From Caecitellus pseudoparvulus (Eukaryota > Protista > Bigyra: Bicosoecida): a DNA stretch of 64,000 nt. Within the stretch, counting starts at the first letter, position 1. The number at the start of each line of letters is the position of its first letter. The stretch covers positions 310,001 to 374,000 of the forward strand of contig CBFFRQ010000080.1 of assembly GCA_965644315.1 (NCBI GenBank), given 5' to 3'. Below the pieces are notes generated by a model. That model ran no database searches, was not told where the DNA came from, and saw only the letters and a list, made by a program, of their open reading frames with translations. The position numbers were made by a program, and so were the translations under genes. Positions 1 through 13,300 of this stretch are shown in pieces.

Positions 1-1787
1 CGCAAGCAATGTTGCAAGTTCATCCAGCCAGCCTCCTCGGCGGTGGGGGGCCACATGTACGGCGCCAAGCGCCCAGCAGCCACGGAGCCATCACCACCTG
101 CCTGAGCCTCTGCCAGCGACGCCTCAGCCGCCTCCACAGCCGCCTGGGCCTCAGGCGTTGGGCTGCCTGCGTCGTCCCCTTCGCCGGCGTCCACGGAGCT
201 CTCATACCTTGCCCGCTTGGCGGTCTTCAGCGCGTTGCGAGCCCGTCGCACGGACGCAGCCTGCGCCCCTGCCGCGCGTGCAGCGTCGTACGTGGGGTAC
301 ACCTTCATGGCCGAGTCAAAGACGGTCCAGGTGCTGATGCCTGGCCGGCGCTTGAGACCTGGGAGGGCGGCAGAGGTGTCCACGAGCTCCAGGTTGCCCC
401 GGAACTCCCGCAGGAGCTGGGCCACGATGGCTTCGTCCTCGATGGGGTTGAAGGTGCAGGTGGAGTACACCATGAGGCCGCCAACCTTGAGGATGGCCAC
501 GCCACGCCGGGCGATGGCCAGCTGCAGGGGTGCCAGCACGATGCCGTTGCGGGGGGTCCAGTTCTTCCACGCCTCGGCGGTCTTGCGCAGCGTGCCGTCG
601 CCGCTGCAGGGCGCGTCGCACAGGATGCGGTCGAACATGCCATGGCGCATACGTGCCGAGGGGCCAGAGCGCACCGGGCGTGGTGCCCCTGCTTCAATGG
701 CCGCGGACAGCTCTTCCATCTCCTGCCGCGCCTTGACCAGGGCCTCAGCAGCAGCAGCGACGGCGTTGCCGGCAGGGGGCCCCTCGGGTCCGGGGTGCAC
801 CCATGGCTCCACGATGGGCTGCATGGACCCCGCCCCCTTGATGTGGAAGACGTTGGGCACTGACCGACCGTCGTTGCAGGTGACTGCCAAGGAGGCGGAC
901 TGCAGGGGGCGCAGGCGGTGAGACATCATGTACGCACGCTGGGGGTTGGTGTCGTTGGCCATGACGATGCCGGTAGGGGCAGGGCCACCCTTCACGTGCT
1001 GCGCGTGCAGCGCCTCTAGGAGCTGGGCAGTCTTGCTGCCCGGCGCTGCGCACATGTCCAGGACGATGTGGTGCGGCTGCACATCCAGGAGGAGGGGGGG
1101 GATCATGGACACAGCTTCCTGCCGAAGGATGTCTCCCGTCTCCGTGAATAGCTTCAGCCACTCATGGAAGGCCTTGAGCTGGGGCAGGCGCCGCAGGTCT
1201 CGGCGCGCCAAGGACACGTTCCATGCAGCGTGGTGTGGCACCCAGGGCAGGGAGGTGGGGGCGTCCACTCGTGCGGGAAGTGTGCGCTTCAGGCGCACCA
1301 TGCCGTCGTCTTCCAGGACGCTCACGACGACGTTGGGGTTCGAAGCGTACTCCTCTGGAGAAGAAGCTTTGCCAGTGCCCTGCGTCGACATCACAGCTGC
1401 TGCGGCGGCGTCCTTTTCGCCCTCTGGAGCTGCGGCTGCCGCGGCAGCAGCGGCTGCTTTCGCTGCCTCCGCGCCAGCCGCCAAAGCTTCGCGGTCAGCC
1501 TGCAGGGCCGCATGAGCCGCCTCAAACAGGGAGGGAAAGCGCTCCTGCAGATCTTTCACCAGGGCAGGTGTCAGGGGGCTGTGCTGGTTCATGCGGAAGG
1601 CCGTGGGCAGCGGCGTGAGGAGGGTAGCGGAAAATGCATCCCACTCGTGTTCGCCCACAATGCCCTGTGCCTTGTAGTACGTGTCAAAGTCGGGGTGCCC
1701 CAGCTGCATGCTCTTGGCTCGGACATCACGCGTGTCGACATTGCGCTTCTTGTTGTTCCACTTCTTTCCCTTCTTGTTGCGGGCCAT
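1..1787 (-). CDS. NSUN2: tRNA (cytosine-C5) methyltransferase NSUN2/Trm4; 3' end runs off the window
   Basis: Manual translation from the ATG at 1787: MARNKKGKK...FDTYYKAQGIVGEHEWDAFSATLLTPLPTAFRMN, VLDMCAAPGSKTAQLLEALH, FDRILCDAPCSGDGTLRK, MVYSTCTFNPIEDEAIV. Absent from the ORF track, presumably because no stop codon lies in the window. Confidence 0.93.
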   Translation of the reverse strand, partial: MARNKKGKKWNNKKRNVDTRDVRAKSMQLGHPDFDTYYKAQGIVGEHEWDAFSATLLTPLPTAFRMNQHSPLTPALVKDLQERFPSLFEAAHAALQADREALAAGAEAAKAAAAAAAAAAPEGEKDAAAAAVMSTQGTGKASSPEEYASNPNVVVSVLEDDGMVRLKRTLPARVDAPTSLPWVPHHAAWNVSLARRDLRRLPQLKAFHEWLKLFTETGDILRQEAVSMIPPLLLDVQPHHIVLDMCAAPGSKTAQLLEALHAQHVKGGPAPTGIVMANDTNPQRAYMMSHRLRPLQSASLAVTCNDGRSVPNVFHIKGAGSMQPIVEPWVHPGPEGPPAGNAVAAAAEALVKARQEMEELSAAIEAGAPRPVRSGPSARMRHGMFDRILCDAPCSGDGTLRKTAEAWKNWTPRNGIVLAPLQLAIARRGVAILKVGGLMVYSTCTFNPIEDEAIVAQLLREFRGNLELVDTSAALPGLKRRPGISTWTVFDSAMKVYPTYDAARAAGAQAASVRRARNALKTAKRARYESSVDAGEGDDAGSPTPEAQAAVEAAEASLAEAQAGGDGSVAAGRLAPYMWPPTAEEAGWMNLQHCL

Positions 1788-2211
1788 GGTGCCTTGGCGG
1801 GGTGGTCTGGCTGGCGCGCTCCTGCTCGGCAAACCACTGCACCCTCGTGGGCGTCGTGGCTGGACTCTGGGCGTCTTCCTTGATGAATTGTGCGCTGCAC
1901 GATTCATCCGCAGGCCTGTGATTTGACGGCCAGATTGAAAGTGCCACGCGGTTCCTGCTGGTTCGCCTCAACCGCAGTTGGTTCAGACACAGCACGCTCG
2001 GCAAGCAGTGCCTCCCAGCTGCCAAGAGTCGTGATGCAGCATTTCAAAGACACGAGGGCGTCAAGCTGCACAGACGACGCCTTCGTGTGATCAACCTTGC
2101 CATGCGCTCGCTTGGGTGTGCCTGACTACTCCTAGTCCGCCGGTGGTCGTCGCTTGGTGCGGGGGAATCTGCTCCGAGCCGAAAGCCACACGCTGGCCGC
2201 CTGCAAGTGAC

Positions 2212-4146
2212 ATGCAGAGTGCGAGGCGGAGGCAGGGTTCCTGTCTGAACCCTCGATATGCACTGTATGCATGCCTTGCCTTCTTCTGTCTGGGCTTGGG
2301 CGTCCAGCTGAGTGTGCTGGTCCGTGCTATCGGGTACGTGAGCGGAAATTGACCCCTTGCCAGATCCTGAAGCTGCTTCAACAGGCATCTGAAAGGTTGG
2401 GAATGGAGCTTCAGCTTCACGCAACACTTGCTTGATTCTATACATTGCAGGTCAAGTGAGCCTCACGAGCTGACCGTCAACCAGGCTCCAGGTGCCGGCT
2501 CTGAGGGTAGCCAGCATGGCTCTGGGCTTGAATCCCAGCAGCCCACCCAGTCGTTGCCACGTGGCGAGCAGCGCCCCCGGCCGACACAGCCACAGGGTGA
2601 TGATCCATGGTCCAGCGATGCTCCCGGAGCGTGGTCTGGGGGGGGGACAGCTCCAGCGCCCCCCTCACCTCCGGCATCCGCCCCACCCTCGCCACCTGCT
2701 CAGCAGCAACAGCCGCCCGTTGTGCGGCGGTCAAGCGGGCAGTACCCCATCAGCGACGCCAGCGCACTGCCACTGCTGGCTCTGAGCAAGGTGCCCTTCC
2801 CCCAAGGCAGGGCTGGGGACATGGCCAAGGTGCAGCATGGGGGGTCGCTGTCAGCCTTCGTCGCAGCAGGGGGGCGCCTGCCTGTCATGGTGGTGACGTA
2901 CAACCGCGCTCAGATGCTGCAGCGCACCTTGGATGGCCTGCTGGCCGCCAGGGGCCTGCAGAAAGACGACATCTTCGTCGTGCAGGACGGAGGTGACGCA
3001 CGGGTGAAGCGGGTGCTGGAGAGCGGCGGGTGGCGCCACCACCAGAAAACTGGCGCGACGGCCATGCGTGGAGGCCGGCCCATGGACGGTGGTGCACGCA
3101 TTTCATCCCACTATGGGTACGCCCTGCGGTACATGTTCGAGCAGGCAGCCCCTTGGGCGCCCGGCATCATCGTGGCGGAGGATGACTTCCTCTTCGCTGT
3201 GGACTACTACGAGTACTTCCACGCCGTGGCCAGTCTGGTGGAGCACGACGCGGGCATTTGGCTGGCCTCTGCCTGGAACGACAACGGCATGCGAGGGCAA
3301 GTGCGAGATATGGCCCAGCTGCGCCGGACGTCGTACTTTCCGGGTTTGGGGTGGCTGCTGCCCCGGCGGCTGTGGGAGGACGAGCTGGCAGCAAAGTGGC
3401 CAAGCCAGCACTGGGACCACTTCCTGCGAGATGCAACGCAGCACAAGTGGCGGGATGTGGTGCACCCAGAAGTGCCGCGTGATTATCACTTCGGCATCAA
3501 GGGCACGTTCATGGACAAGAACACGCACAACAAGTACTTCAAACCCATTGCTATGGCTGCGAACCCGCTGTTTTCGTGGTTCTCACAGGCAGGCGAGGCT
3601 GCAGTGGCGGCAATGTGCACGCCCACGTACGACGCAGCCTTGCGCGGGGAGCTGCAAGGCGCGCGGGTGCTGCAGTCAGTGCAGGAGCTCGAGAGCTTCA
3701 CAGGGCCAGCGGGCGTAGTGTACGTGGACAGCCCCATCGAGCCCAACACACCTTTCCACCCCATCGCTTCGTACTTTGGCATCTGGCATGAACCCAACCG
3801 TGGTGCTAGGGATGGCATCTTGCAGGTGCCTTGGGGAGCGAACGGGAAAGTCTTCATTGTCAATGTGCATGCACAGCGGCCCAGCCAGCAGAAGACAAGG
3901 CATGCAGCGCCGGCAGGCACCGCAGTGCTGCGCGGCCCAGACTTTGCAGGGAGGCAGCGGCCGGCTTTCTCACTGCAGGGGACAGCAGAGCAAGCGCCCC
4001 TAAAGCCAGAGGCTGCTTCATCGCCCAGCCAGCTCCGAGTGTACTCTCCCCTCGCAGAGGCGGAGGCCGAGGCTGCGTTTTTCGCCGAGCGCTACGACGA
4101 CTTCGGATGGGAGGCCAATGCTGGATTGATCAAGGTGGTCAGCTGA
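2212..4146 (+). CDS. GT13 family N-acetylglucosaminyltransferase (GnT-I/MGAT1/POMGnT1-like), type II Golgi membrane protein; intron 2334-2450
   Basis: Exon 1 encodes MQSARRR plus a TM segment (YALYACLAFFCLGLGVQLSVLV). A GTACGT..TGCAG intron joins it in frame to ORF 2428-4146, which has VVTYNR, VVQDG, ISSHY, IVAEDD (DxD), SAWNDNG, FPGLGWLL, WD and PEVPRDYHFG. Confidence 0.9.
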
Positions 4147-4857
4147 TGTCTGGGGTCGTGGTACCGTGCTTGAGGGCAGCCTGCGGCATGCTGGCTTCAA
4201 GGCCTTCTCTGCCTTGTCAAGGTATCGGCAAAAGAGCAGAAACGTGACACGGCCTTTGGGGCGACCTGTGCGCCACGGGGGGCCAAACAGGGAATCAGTT
4301 CTTGCCATGAGGCTGGGATAGCTGGCGTACGGCCTGTGCCGCGCGCGTCAGTGACATTGATGGCGCTTCCAGCCCGTCGACCCTCCTGCTCACGGCAATG
4401 CAGCGCGAAAGCAAAGCGGCCCTGACCAACAAGCACCGCTCGGAGGACGTGTGCCCATCTCACAGTCTTCCACAGGTTGTGTTGCAATGCAGTGGGGCTG
4501 GAGGGCTTGGCAGGCGTGCTGTTCTGGCCGGCGAAGGAGGTTCGTGAGTTTGCTTTTCGTTTCGCAGTAGCCTGCTGGTGCGCCCCCACCACAGGCCGAA
4601 GCAAATTTGAAAAATGCACATGAAACGGGCTGTTTGAGCAGCAAGCGCCACTCGCCGTTGGGAAGTGCCCCTCGCTGTGCAGGTAGGCTTGCGTCTGTGT
4701 AGGGGAATGCACTTGCCTCCACCAGTGAGGCTTGCTTGGCCACAACGCCAGGGGTCGGAAGCGGCCGCCTTTGGTGCCAAATACAGAGAAGGAAAGTGAA
4801 AGGAGGGGAAAGGATAGCCAAGCGTCGCGGTTTTTGGTTCAAACGCTCTCCACCGTC

Positions 4858-7800
4858 ATGGCAAGCAGTGGGAGGGCCGTGGACGCGGAATTTGAGCAGA
4901 GGCAGCAGGGCAGAGTTTTGAAAGGCTTGGTGAAGGGGAGCAGCGACCATTGGAGCTGCAGGGAGACAGATGAGCTGGTGCATGTGCTCCCACTCTTCAG
5001 CCACATGAACAGTGTGCCATTCATTGGCAAGGCATGGAAGCGGCTCGCCGCGCAGATGCTGGCCTGCGAGAGCTGGTGAGCCGTTGCGCGGCGTGCTGTA
5101 CACGTTGCCCGCCGACACGTTAGAAAACGCATTCCTGTCCGTAGTCGATCAAAGTGGGATGCTGTGCTGCGCGAAGTGGAAGCCCGCCTTCTGGAGCGCT
5201 ACACGGCAGAATCAACGCGGACGGTGCTCGAGCAGGTAAAGGCAGCCAAGGCTCGGGACGTGCCAGACAGGCACCCTGCTGCGCCCCAGGCAGACCCACC
5301 TCAGGCAGCAGTCGTGGATGGCCGTGCACAGTCTGTGCCACAGGCGACTGTGGCTCCGAAGCGCAACGCCAAGGGCATCCCGTCCGCTGCACCCAGCGTG
5401 TACACCCGACGGCCGAATCACCTCAAGCACTTGCACAGCGCGGAGCCGCCTGGAATCAATACGCATGGAGCATCGAAGCAATGGAGTGAGCGAAGTGCTG
5501 GAAACTTCATTCTCGAAGGGCTTCAGCAGGTGTCGATGCTGGGGGGCGCCAAGCGACCTCGCACCTCGCCTTCACCAGGTGCTGGAGGCACGGATCCCAC
5601 TTCCAAGGCCAAAAAGTCTCGCCCGGAAGTCCAGCAAGGCAGAAGTGGAGGAGCCACGGCCCAGAGTCGAAGTGGAAGTAGCAATGAAGGGTGCACCATC
5701 GTCTTGGATGACGATGGAGATGACGATGACAGCGACGACTTCGAGGCTGAGCCTGCCACGGCAGTCAGCCCTGTTCGGGAGGAAGCAACGCCGATTTCTG
5801 AGGCAGCGGACACAGGGCTGCAGCCTCCTGTGCTGCCACTTACGTCTTTGCATGCTCAGGAGGCAAGGGCGGCTGGCCAGCCATGCCGTGGCCAGGAGCG
5901 GGAACAAGGCTCCGTGCAGCCCCCTGGCGAGGCATACAAGCACTTCGAGGCCCCTGCTGCAGAATCCTCGTTGCAGAGGAGTCCACAGTCACCAAGGTCT
6001 GGTTCAGCTTCGATGCCGGCGCCAGAAGCACGGCTTAGTGCTGGATTGGAAGGTGGTGGCGGCAAGCCCGCTCCGCTCAGCGACGAAGTACACTTGTCTT
6101 CCAGCCAAGCAGAAGGCATGGCCGCAATTTCGACGTTTCAGCCGAAGCCATCTATGAAGCGGAACAAAGTCTGCTTCGCTGACATCGACGAAATCAAGGA
6201 AATCGCCCCTTTGGCTGGGGCTGGAAGGTTCTCGCCGCCCCCGCCTGCCCAAGCTGACAGCGTGGACGACGCCGAAGCCAAAGGAGATGACAGCCCCCAT
6301 TCCGTGTCCCCAGAGCCCATGGACGAACACCCCCATGCGCTGCCGCCGTCAAACATGTCGCGAGCCCCTGCTCCCTCCCAACCAGATGTCGACACAGACA
6401 CACAGTACCACATTTGGCCCTTGGGGCGAGTTCCGGCCGAGGTGGCTGCGGCGCTGCGTCGAGATCCCACCGAGTCGAACAGCACGACCCTGGCCACCCG
6501 CAGTAAAGGGATGATGCTGCGACTACTAGGTGCAACTTTCAGCTGGATGCTGGGGCCCATGCGCCCAAGTGACCCCATTGGCAAGCGAAACAAACCGTGG
6601 TGGCGCTGGCTTGGCAAGCCAGGCTTGCTTCATCGCGATTTGCCCTTGCTGCGTGGAAACGCCGTCTCATTCTTCAGCCCGGAGCACCATGGCGCTTACT
6701 TGGCCACCATGGTGCTGGAGGAGGTTCGGGCAAGTGCCAGCGCTAGGCTGCAGAGCTGCGCTTTGTGGCGAAGCGATAGCGAGGCAGGGCTGTGCCAACG
6801 CCTGGCGCTTGAGCAGCCGAGGCGGATTGGAGGCCAAGGGGCCTCTGCATGTCGCATCGAGTCGCTGCAAGGCACGGACACGGAGGGATGTGGATCCATC
6901 GCGGTCGTGCAGTGCATGCGGTACGAGCAGCGGGAGGTCAGACGGCTGGATTGTGGAGCTGGCTCCTTTCCTGATCGAGGCGTGTGGCGGGTTGCGCCAA
7001 AGGTCGGAGCCCCTCAACGGTGTGACATCAGCCACCATGACATGGTGGCGCTTGTGCGCTGGGGGCCGGAGGTGAGGGGACCCAGGCGCACCCTGGAGTA
7101 CCTCGTGGGGGTGGTGGACTTCTCACTGGAAAAGCAGGTGAAAGGTCAACGAGCACGGGGCAGCGGGGGCCCGCCCAAGGCTACAGACCGGCTCTTCTTG
7201 AGGGTTTCAGCAGGCGCTCATGCTTTCTTGTCCGCTGCTTCATCTGAAAGACGTAGTGGGCCGGTGGTGGACCCCCTCCCTCAACAGTTCGGCAGCGTGC
7301 GAGCTGGCAGCCTCAGCAGCCTCCAGCAGGGCACTTCATGGCTGATTCTGCCGTTAGCCTCCCTCACCACGGCCTTGCGGGAACTGGAAGGCATCCGATG
7401 CATGCCTGACTCGTGCGGAGCCCACATGCTCTTCTCACCGGTGCCCATGCGATGCTGTGCAGTGGAAGGAGAAGCTGCGACGGCGCGTGCTGGCTGGTGG
7501 CAGGCGTGCCTGCGACACAAGGCCATGCTACGCAGCATGGGAGATCGAGCAGCACAAGAAGCACTTCTGCAGCCCAACATTGCTCGCCAGCACGTGCAGA
7601 GACCTGCTGGCATGCCTGAGCTGCTCTTTCGAACTCTGCAGCACAGCTTCAACACCTCCCAGCTGAGCTGCATCTGTGCTATTCTTCGGGGAGGCGCCCT
7701 GTTCCGGGAAGAATTTGTCACGAAGAAGGCCTCTCTCCCGGTCGGCTCTGCGAAACACACTCGTATTGTGCCTGGTTTGGCCTTCATGGGCACTGCCGCA

Positions 7801-10275
7801 GCTGCGCCGGCACCAAGCGTGGAAAGCGAGTGGGCGAGCAAAGGCTCCGCTTCGTCACCTGAGCTATACGCAGGCGGTGCCGAAGTGACACTCGTGCAAG
7901 GCCCACCAGGTACGGGCAAGACCTTTACCATTCGAGGCATCGTCTCCGCTTTGCTGGCTACCCCTCCAGCTCCTGTTCCACTCGCAAAACCTGTGCCGCC
8001 AAGCACCAGGAAACAGCCACCGCCTATGGCAATGCCCGCACCAAGAGCCAAGCCAGCAGCCTTGGACGGGGCAGAGGAAGTACCCTCTCCGTTCTTGGAT
8101 GGTCCCGGGATGAAAGGTGCGCCTGGAAAGCCGCTGCGGACTTCAGTTCATGCTGTGGCACACTCGCAGGCGGCGGAAGATGCGCCCAAACAAGTTCAAG
8201 TGGCCCAGCAGGTGCCACGTTTCAATAGAGGTCAGGGCAAGTCAGTAGGTGCTGCCTCGACACCGGCATCTGCGCCCAGGAACCTCGGCAAGCCGGCTTC
8301 CTGTACGGCAGCTGACACGCAGCCCAGCGTCAGGCACTGCCAACCAATGAAGCACTTGAAGCGGATCCTTGTCTGTGCTCCTTCCAACGCAGCCTTGGAC
8401 GAGCTCGTCGCGAGGATTGTTGGAGTGAAGCTGGATGGCGGCGGCGCTGTGCAGCTCTCAGCTACACCCGAGCAAGGTGGCCTGTGGGACGCGCATGGCA
8501 AGGCGTTTCGGCCCCAGCTCGTGCGCATTGGCAAGTTGGACACAGTTCACCCGCGCCTGCACGCATGGACCCTGGATGCACAAGTGAGGGCTCGAAGTGG
8601 GCTTGGGCCTGCACCTGCAGCCCCCACTGCGAAACGGGGTGCTCCTGATGCAGTCGCACAACAGCGAGAGGCGATTCGTGCCCAAGAGAAAGTGATTGGC
8701 CAAAGCGAAGTGTATGTCCGAGCAGCGATCCACGAAGAGCAGACGAGTAAAGGGACACCGCGGCACATGAAGTGCCACCGCGAAGCGGCGGCCGCCAAGG
8801 CTGCTTTGCAGCGCGAGCAACGTTCTCTGGCGCTAGCGAAAGATCGTTTGCGAGTTGCACTTGCACTCCAGCGCCAGAAGCAGTCTGCTTCTCGTGCCAA
8901 GCCACCGCAACACGCTCCAGACGCAGATGGGGATCCAGGCCGAGTGCTTGCTGATGCTGCTATCGTGGCTTGCACCCTGGCGGGAGCCAGCAGTCGGCAG
9001 CTTGCCGGCCTGGGCAGCCGGGGCTTCGACGCAGTGGTCATTGACGAGGCCTGTCAAGCTGTGGAAGCAAGTACGCTAGTGCCGCTCATGCACCGAGTGC
9101 GGCGGCTGGTTCTTGTGGGCGACCCCATGCAGCTCCCCCCCACGATCCTGTCTCAACAAGGTGCCAAGGTTCATTACGACCGGTCCTTTTTTGAGCGCTG
9201 CGTGCAGGCCAGCTTGCCCGTACACATGCTGACAGAGCAATACCGCATGCACCCTGCCATATCTGCGTTTCCTTCCCAACAGTTCTATGGAGGGCGACTC
9301 AGAGATAGCCCCGTCGTGCTCTCCCGGGCGCGAACTGGAGGCATGCCTAAAGGGCTCGCCCCACTCACCTTCGTGGACGTGTCCCCGCGCCACCTTGACC
9401 GAGGCTCTGGCATCAGCTCTTTCACCACTTCTGAAGCGGGTGGTTCATCTTCAAACGCGCTGGAGGCCGAGCTAGTCGCTGCGTTGCACGCTGCACTGTT
9501 TGCTTCCGAGGCCCCCGCGTCAGGCACGCGTCGTTCACATGGCGCTGCCACTACAGGGGCTGATGTTGGCATTATTTCACCATACAAAGACCAAGTTAAG
9601 CTGATACAAAGCAGCTGTCAGCGCCTGGGGTGTTCCAAGCCACAGCTCATATCAACTGTCGACTCATTTCAGGGCAGGGAGCAGGAGTTCATTATCATTT
9701 CGTGTGTCAGATCTGGGATAGGCGCGAGGGGCGGCGGGATCGGCTTCTTGCGGGACTTCCGTCGCATGTGTGTGTCAATCACAAGAGCTCGGCGGGGCTT
9801 GGTCCTTGTGGGTGATGCGAGGTACCTTGCCCAGGAGAACCCGCACTGGAAAGCCCTCGTCGACCACTGTTCGCGGCACTCTGCCATGATCACTGCTTTG
9901 CCGCCCACCCGTCAGCGACCTGTCCCACAGCTGCGTGTTGAGAGCCACCCGCCCAGCAGCGTGCCCGAGTGGTTCCCTGCGGTAGAGGAGTGCTTGAAGG
10001 CAAGCCAGAGTTGGTGCAAGCCGCTGCAAAGCTTCGCAAGGCAGCCCGCAAGCGGAGGGCATCGCGTGCAGCGTGGGGGGTTGACTGTGACGTCTTCCCA
10101 CACAGGCGCCGAAGGGCGCAGGCACACAAGTCAGAGAGCCGCTGCTCATGAGGGGATGGAGCACGGCAACTCAAGGACTGACGGCAGCGCCCGAAGTGGC
10201 CCACAGCACAACCACCGCAAGCAGGCAAGGTGGGGGGGGAGCCGGAGTACTAAGCATACGCGGCAAGGGAGGTAG
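4858..10275 (+). CDS. SEN1: Sen1/senataxin-like SF1 (Upf1-family) RNA/DNA helicase; intron 5076-5144
   Basis: Motifs LVQGPPGTGKT, ILVCAPSNAALDEL, VVIDEACQ, LVGDPMQLPPTI, QYRMHPAI, TVDSFQGRE, ITRAR. An upstream exon from ATG 4858 splices in frame (TG|GTGAG..GTAG|T). Confidence 0.88.
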
Positions 10276-10314
10276 AGCAAGTGAATTGCGCTGCCTCCTT
10301 CGCGCGGGACGAAT

Positions 10315-13300
10315 TCATTCCGTCTCGGGTTCACCTTCTGGGGGGGGCGACCCAGTGGGTGGGCTGACATGCTGCAGCAGTCGGGCGGTCATTGCCCGCC
10401 GCGAAAAGAAGAGCACGTAAGCATTCCCAGAGGTCAAGCAGCTTCTCACAGCATCGGTCTCCCCAGAGCCCAGAAGCGACACGTGGGAATCATCAAAAGA
10501 GTACCACTGTCCGTTGAGGGCATTTTTTCCATACGCAGTGTAGTGCCCGCCCCCCATACTTCCCATGTGATTGACAACGCCGTACAGATCGTAAAGAAGC
10601 CCACCCTCATGGGCTGCGGCATTGGAATCAAGGACATGCTTGGAAAGGTCCCATCCAGTGAGTGGGAAGTCAACTCTCGTGCCGATGCGGCTGCGGAACA
10701 TGCGTGAGAACTTGAAACGCTTCAAGTGCACCATGAGGTACTGAGGGGCGCTCCACAGCGCCAACTGCTTCATGGCTTGAACGTGCTGCTTACATCCACT
10801 GCAATACCACTTGTCGCTTTCTCCCAGCTGCTCCTCTCTCGACCACAGCTCCATGCAGTCATCCAAAGTCACAGGCTTGGCCGCGTCGGGCTGCGCACGA
10901 AGCGTGGGAGGTTCAGCACGTGCTCCCACAGGCAGAGCATGTGGCCACATCAACCCAGCAGCCTGCCCGCCACCATGTACTGAAGGCTCGAAAGCAGCTC
11001 TCAGCCTTGCCTTGTCTGGGCTTTGCCACACGAGTGCAAGGGCGGGGGATGATACCGGGTCTCGGCTGCCTGTCCAAAGGGAGACTTGGCGCCTGAATGC
11101 ACGGGGCGCCCCGAAGTCAAGCGCTTCGCCATCCGACGAGGCGTCGCTGGGCTCATCAAACCACACCGCACCGTCCCCCGCTGCTGCTGCGCTGTGCATG
11201 CGCCCTGCACGAAGCAAGCTCCACACACCGCCGCTCGTTGCAGCTCCGCTGCGCTCCTCGCTGGACTCTGAGTGTGCCTCAGGAGCCACAAGCGTCACCT
11301 CCTTAGGATGTTCCGGCTGCATGAGCCCTGCTGTATAGCTCCCACAGCCAAGTGGCCCCTCATCTTGAGCCAGTTTGGTGTGGCGCATCAATTGGTCTGC
11401 AAGTTGAGCCAGCTCTTCCCGGGTCGCCACCACTGGTAGGCCTTCCACGAACCTAGGGATCGGAGCCATACCAGCAGGCCTAGCACCCTTCACGGCTAGG
11501 ACAGGCAAGAGCAAAGGGTACCCAAAGCCAGCCGCACCCGTGCCAAGCACCACGTCAGGTTGGTCTGCGGCGGCGGGCGCGAGAGCAGCGCTTGGTTGGA
11601 AGATGTGAGAGACTGGCAAGACAACAAGCTTGAGCTGCCGTCCATCAGGCAATTCAAGGGGAAGGTTGCTGTGGTGCTGCTCTGCAGCCCCTGCTTCGCG
11701 TTCTCGTTTGTGCCCCCCAACCGCAGGCGAACCTGCCGACGCCGAAGTGCTTTGGCTTGAACCAACGGACTCTGTCGCCGCATCTTCAGTGTCCACAGAC
11801 GCGCTGTCTTCAGATGCATCGGGGGCATAATCATCATCCTCAGACTCATCTGGCTCTTGCTGCAGCAAAGACGCCAGGTTGCTGGGGGGTGAGCTGTGCA
11901 ATGGACCTGCACTGTCCGGCGAGTGCCGATCTGCCGAGTCCCCCGACGCACCTTCAACAGTCACTCTCTCAGGCACCGCGAGAAGTCGTCGCATCTTGGC
12001 AGGGCGTGACACCTGAGAGTCCAGGGCATTGGCCAAATCAGCAGCGCGACGGTCGAAAGCCGCAGACGGAGTGGCCTTGCGCATTGGGTAGGGTCTCGCC
12101 GTGGTAGGACCTTGCGTTGCGGCACAGGCTGCCTGCACCCTATCCTGCTGCGCAGCAGCCTTCATCCAGTGCACCATGTTTGTAGGGAAGGCATACACGA
12201 CAGTCGTCGGGACGCGGCGGCCTGCTAAGAACAAACCAGCACCACCTCCTGAATGGGGCTGGATCCCTGCAAACGGAGCATGCTGCTGGAACGTCAGCCC
12301 CCTCGCAAGGCTTGCCGGGTCATAGCGTTCCACGATACTTCCATTGTACACTGTGGTCACCAGCAGCTGGCTTGGACGGACTTGCATGGCACCAGCCAGC
12401 GCGCGCAATGCCACGCGAACAGTGCAGCGCTCCGGGACCAGCACGGACCAGCGGCGAGGAAGGATGTGCTGCCATGGCGATGATGTGTGTTGATCAAGGC
12501 CCTGCAATGCCGCAAGAGCAGCTGCGACATCCATCACAACACAGTCAAACCTGACTTTGCGCTCGAGGACAGGCAGAGGCAGGGAGAGGAAGCTGAAAGG
12601 GTCGAATGTGACCGAGACATGGCCGCAGGCTTGATTAGGACAAGCCACGCGGGACTTGTACAGCCCTTGGAACAGGCGCGTGATGATGCTGTCGTTGCGC
12701 TTAGAGTGAGCAGCCCAGACACTCGACGCGAGGGAAGCATCTTGCACGCTGCCCTCCTTTCCACTGGGCATTTCAATGTAGGGCTTCTTGGTGACCTTGT
12801 TCACGTCTTCATGGATGCCGTCCAGCAAAAAGGCCAGCAATTCCTGGCTGTCGTGCTGCGCGAAACCTTGGAATTGGGGGGCGGCGGCGCCGATGGCGTG
12901 CTTCAGCGCGGACGGTGACATTGCCCCGCCTCCCACACTGGCCCATGAGACGGACTGCAGTGCAGGCGGTGCGTACTCGGAAAGGAAGGAACTGCTCAGC
13001 GCCCCTTGCAGCAAGCCAGCTTGATCGTACTTGAGCTGCAAGGCCGCTCCGAGAGAAGCAGTGAAGTTGGGGTCCTGTTTCTGGTCGCTCCAGAGGGAGC
13101 GCACGAGGCGAGCAAACTGAGCTGCAAGGACACCCCCATGCCCAAGAATGTTGTCAGGGTTGATGTCAGGCTCGTGTGCTCCTTGCAGGAAGTAGGCCGT
13201 CAGCAAGGGTGTGTTGCTCAGAGCCTGCAAGGCGCTGTTCATGAAGCACGTGTTGCCCAGGTTGTGCAGCCCCACACACCCGGCAGGCATGGACGCCGTG

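Noticed and set aside
4781-4800. ATACAGAGAAG resembling the U6 snRNA ACAGAGA box
   Set aside because: The flanking U6 sequence (ATTAGCATGG and the rest) is absent.
4147-4857. 700-nt gap that might hold a small gene or ncRNA
   Set aside because: I found no convincing spliced ORF or RNA-family motif by eye. An Infernal/Rfam search is needed to exclude one.
5077-5079. In-frame TGA ending several first-exon ORFs, as possible selenocysteine or readthrough
   Set aside because: These TGAs are part of GTGAG splice donors, and canonical introns restore the frames.
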